A DNA stretch of 64,000 nt from Oculina patagonica (Eukaryota), in the NCBI RefSeq assembly GCF_052425735.1, contig NC_135759.1, forward strand, positions 26,412,001 to 26,476,000. Direction: 5' to 3'. This document shows, piece after piece, positions 63,050 through 64,000 of this stretch (position 1 is the first letter of the stretch; every line of letters starts with the position of its first letter). A program made the translations under genes and the position numbers. The notes below the pieces were generated by a model that did not search any database, had not been told where the DNA came from, and was given only the letters and a program-made list of their open reading frames with translations.

Positions 63050-63788
63050 TAGGGCGTTTCCATAAGTTGCTCGGCAACGTTTTGGCAACTTTTCATGTTT
63101 CGAGCAACTTTTTATCCTTCAAACAACTTGTTGCATTTTAAACAATTTCTAGACCGAAATTATCCGATTGTTGTTCAAAGGCCATACGAACGTTTCCGAA
63201 GATTAACAACTTTTTGCCGAAGATTTTCGACGAACATCTGAAGACGTTTCAACTTACGGCTCATTCTGCATTAAAACATTACAAAACTCGTCAGCAAACG
63301 TGACGTTATCGATATGTTCACTATTTTCAGCACGTAGCAAGTTTATTTTGCAACAAAACAACAACAAATAAAACAAACCTTGATTATGTACCAAAGCAGA
63401 ATTTTAACTATTCACTGAAGCTTTCTGTAAAATACTAACAAAACTTGGTCTTCGGGGAAGACTGTTAATACTAAGTCGATTTCAATCTCATTGATACTCC
63501 TCTTGTGGACTTTAGTTTCTTGGGGGAGGGGCCGAGGGGGTGGGCGCTTTTTAACTCAGGCTTTTCCTACCTTCAGGGTGTGGGCTTATTCGAGGTTGGG
63601 CGCTTAATCGAATAAATTTGGAGAAATTTTCTTGATTAGAAGAAGCGTTTTGGTTTTTTGGGCAACTTTCGTGCAACTTCGTTAATCAAAAGCAACTTTT
63701 TTGGATTTTTGAAGCAACTTTCGAGCAACTTTTCATGAAATAACGGGCAACTTTTTGGGAAATCTTAAGCAACTTGAGGAAAGCCCTA
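63050..63788. mobile_element. hAT-type MITE
   Basis: TAGGGC.TTTCC..AAGTTGCT / AGCAACTT..GGAAAGCCCTA ends, exact 8-bp TSD GTGATTAG, internal GCAACTTT repeats. Confidence 0.85.
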
Positions 63789-64000
63789 GTGATTAGCGAG
63801 CACATATACAAAATGGCAGATTTTTCTATACGGCTTGGCTTGCGAGGAAGACACCCTTCGTGCGGGGTGTAATCATTTGCATTTTATTTTTAAACCTCGC
63901 GCGCTTCGCTATTCTTCCTGCGATTGGCGTAATCCATTGGCTGACTACTGCAAAACTCGCAATCTTGAATGGGAGGGGGGGGGGGGGGGGAGGGGCACTA

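Overview
Eukaryotic, intron-rich, AT-rich animal DNA. The gene content and the dense MITE/SINE landscape look like a cnidarian, probably a stony coral (inference, not a database result). Left to right: (1) The right-hand 10.5 kb of a CACTA/EnSpm DNA transposon. It holds an intact spliced transposase (minus strand, running off the window edge) head-to-head with a 5-exon, 297-aa accessory gene resembling C14orf93/DUF4616, and ends in CGGAAAC subterminal repeats and a CACAG terminus at 10494. A tandem tRNA-Thr(GGT)-derived retroelement sits in a transposase intron. (2) A 12.5-kb cluster of four or five intronless, basic orphan ORFs sharing short motifs (RVxF, C-terminal IDIKLP-like), interleaved with Penelope-like and L1/Tx1 remnants and MITEs. 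(3) Two tandem intronless SLC32/VIAAT-like amino-acid transporter genes plus a third 3' fragment. (4) ZNF593 head-to-head with a 12-exon ARHGAP1/8-like BCH+RhoGAP gene. (5) A 4-exon bHLH-Orange gene of the clockwork orange/HELT type with an E-box/N-box-rich upstream region. All exon boundaries were read by eye from GT/AG sites and frame continuity.
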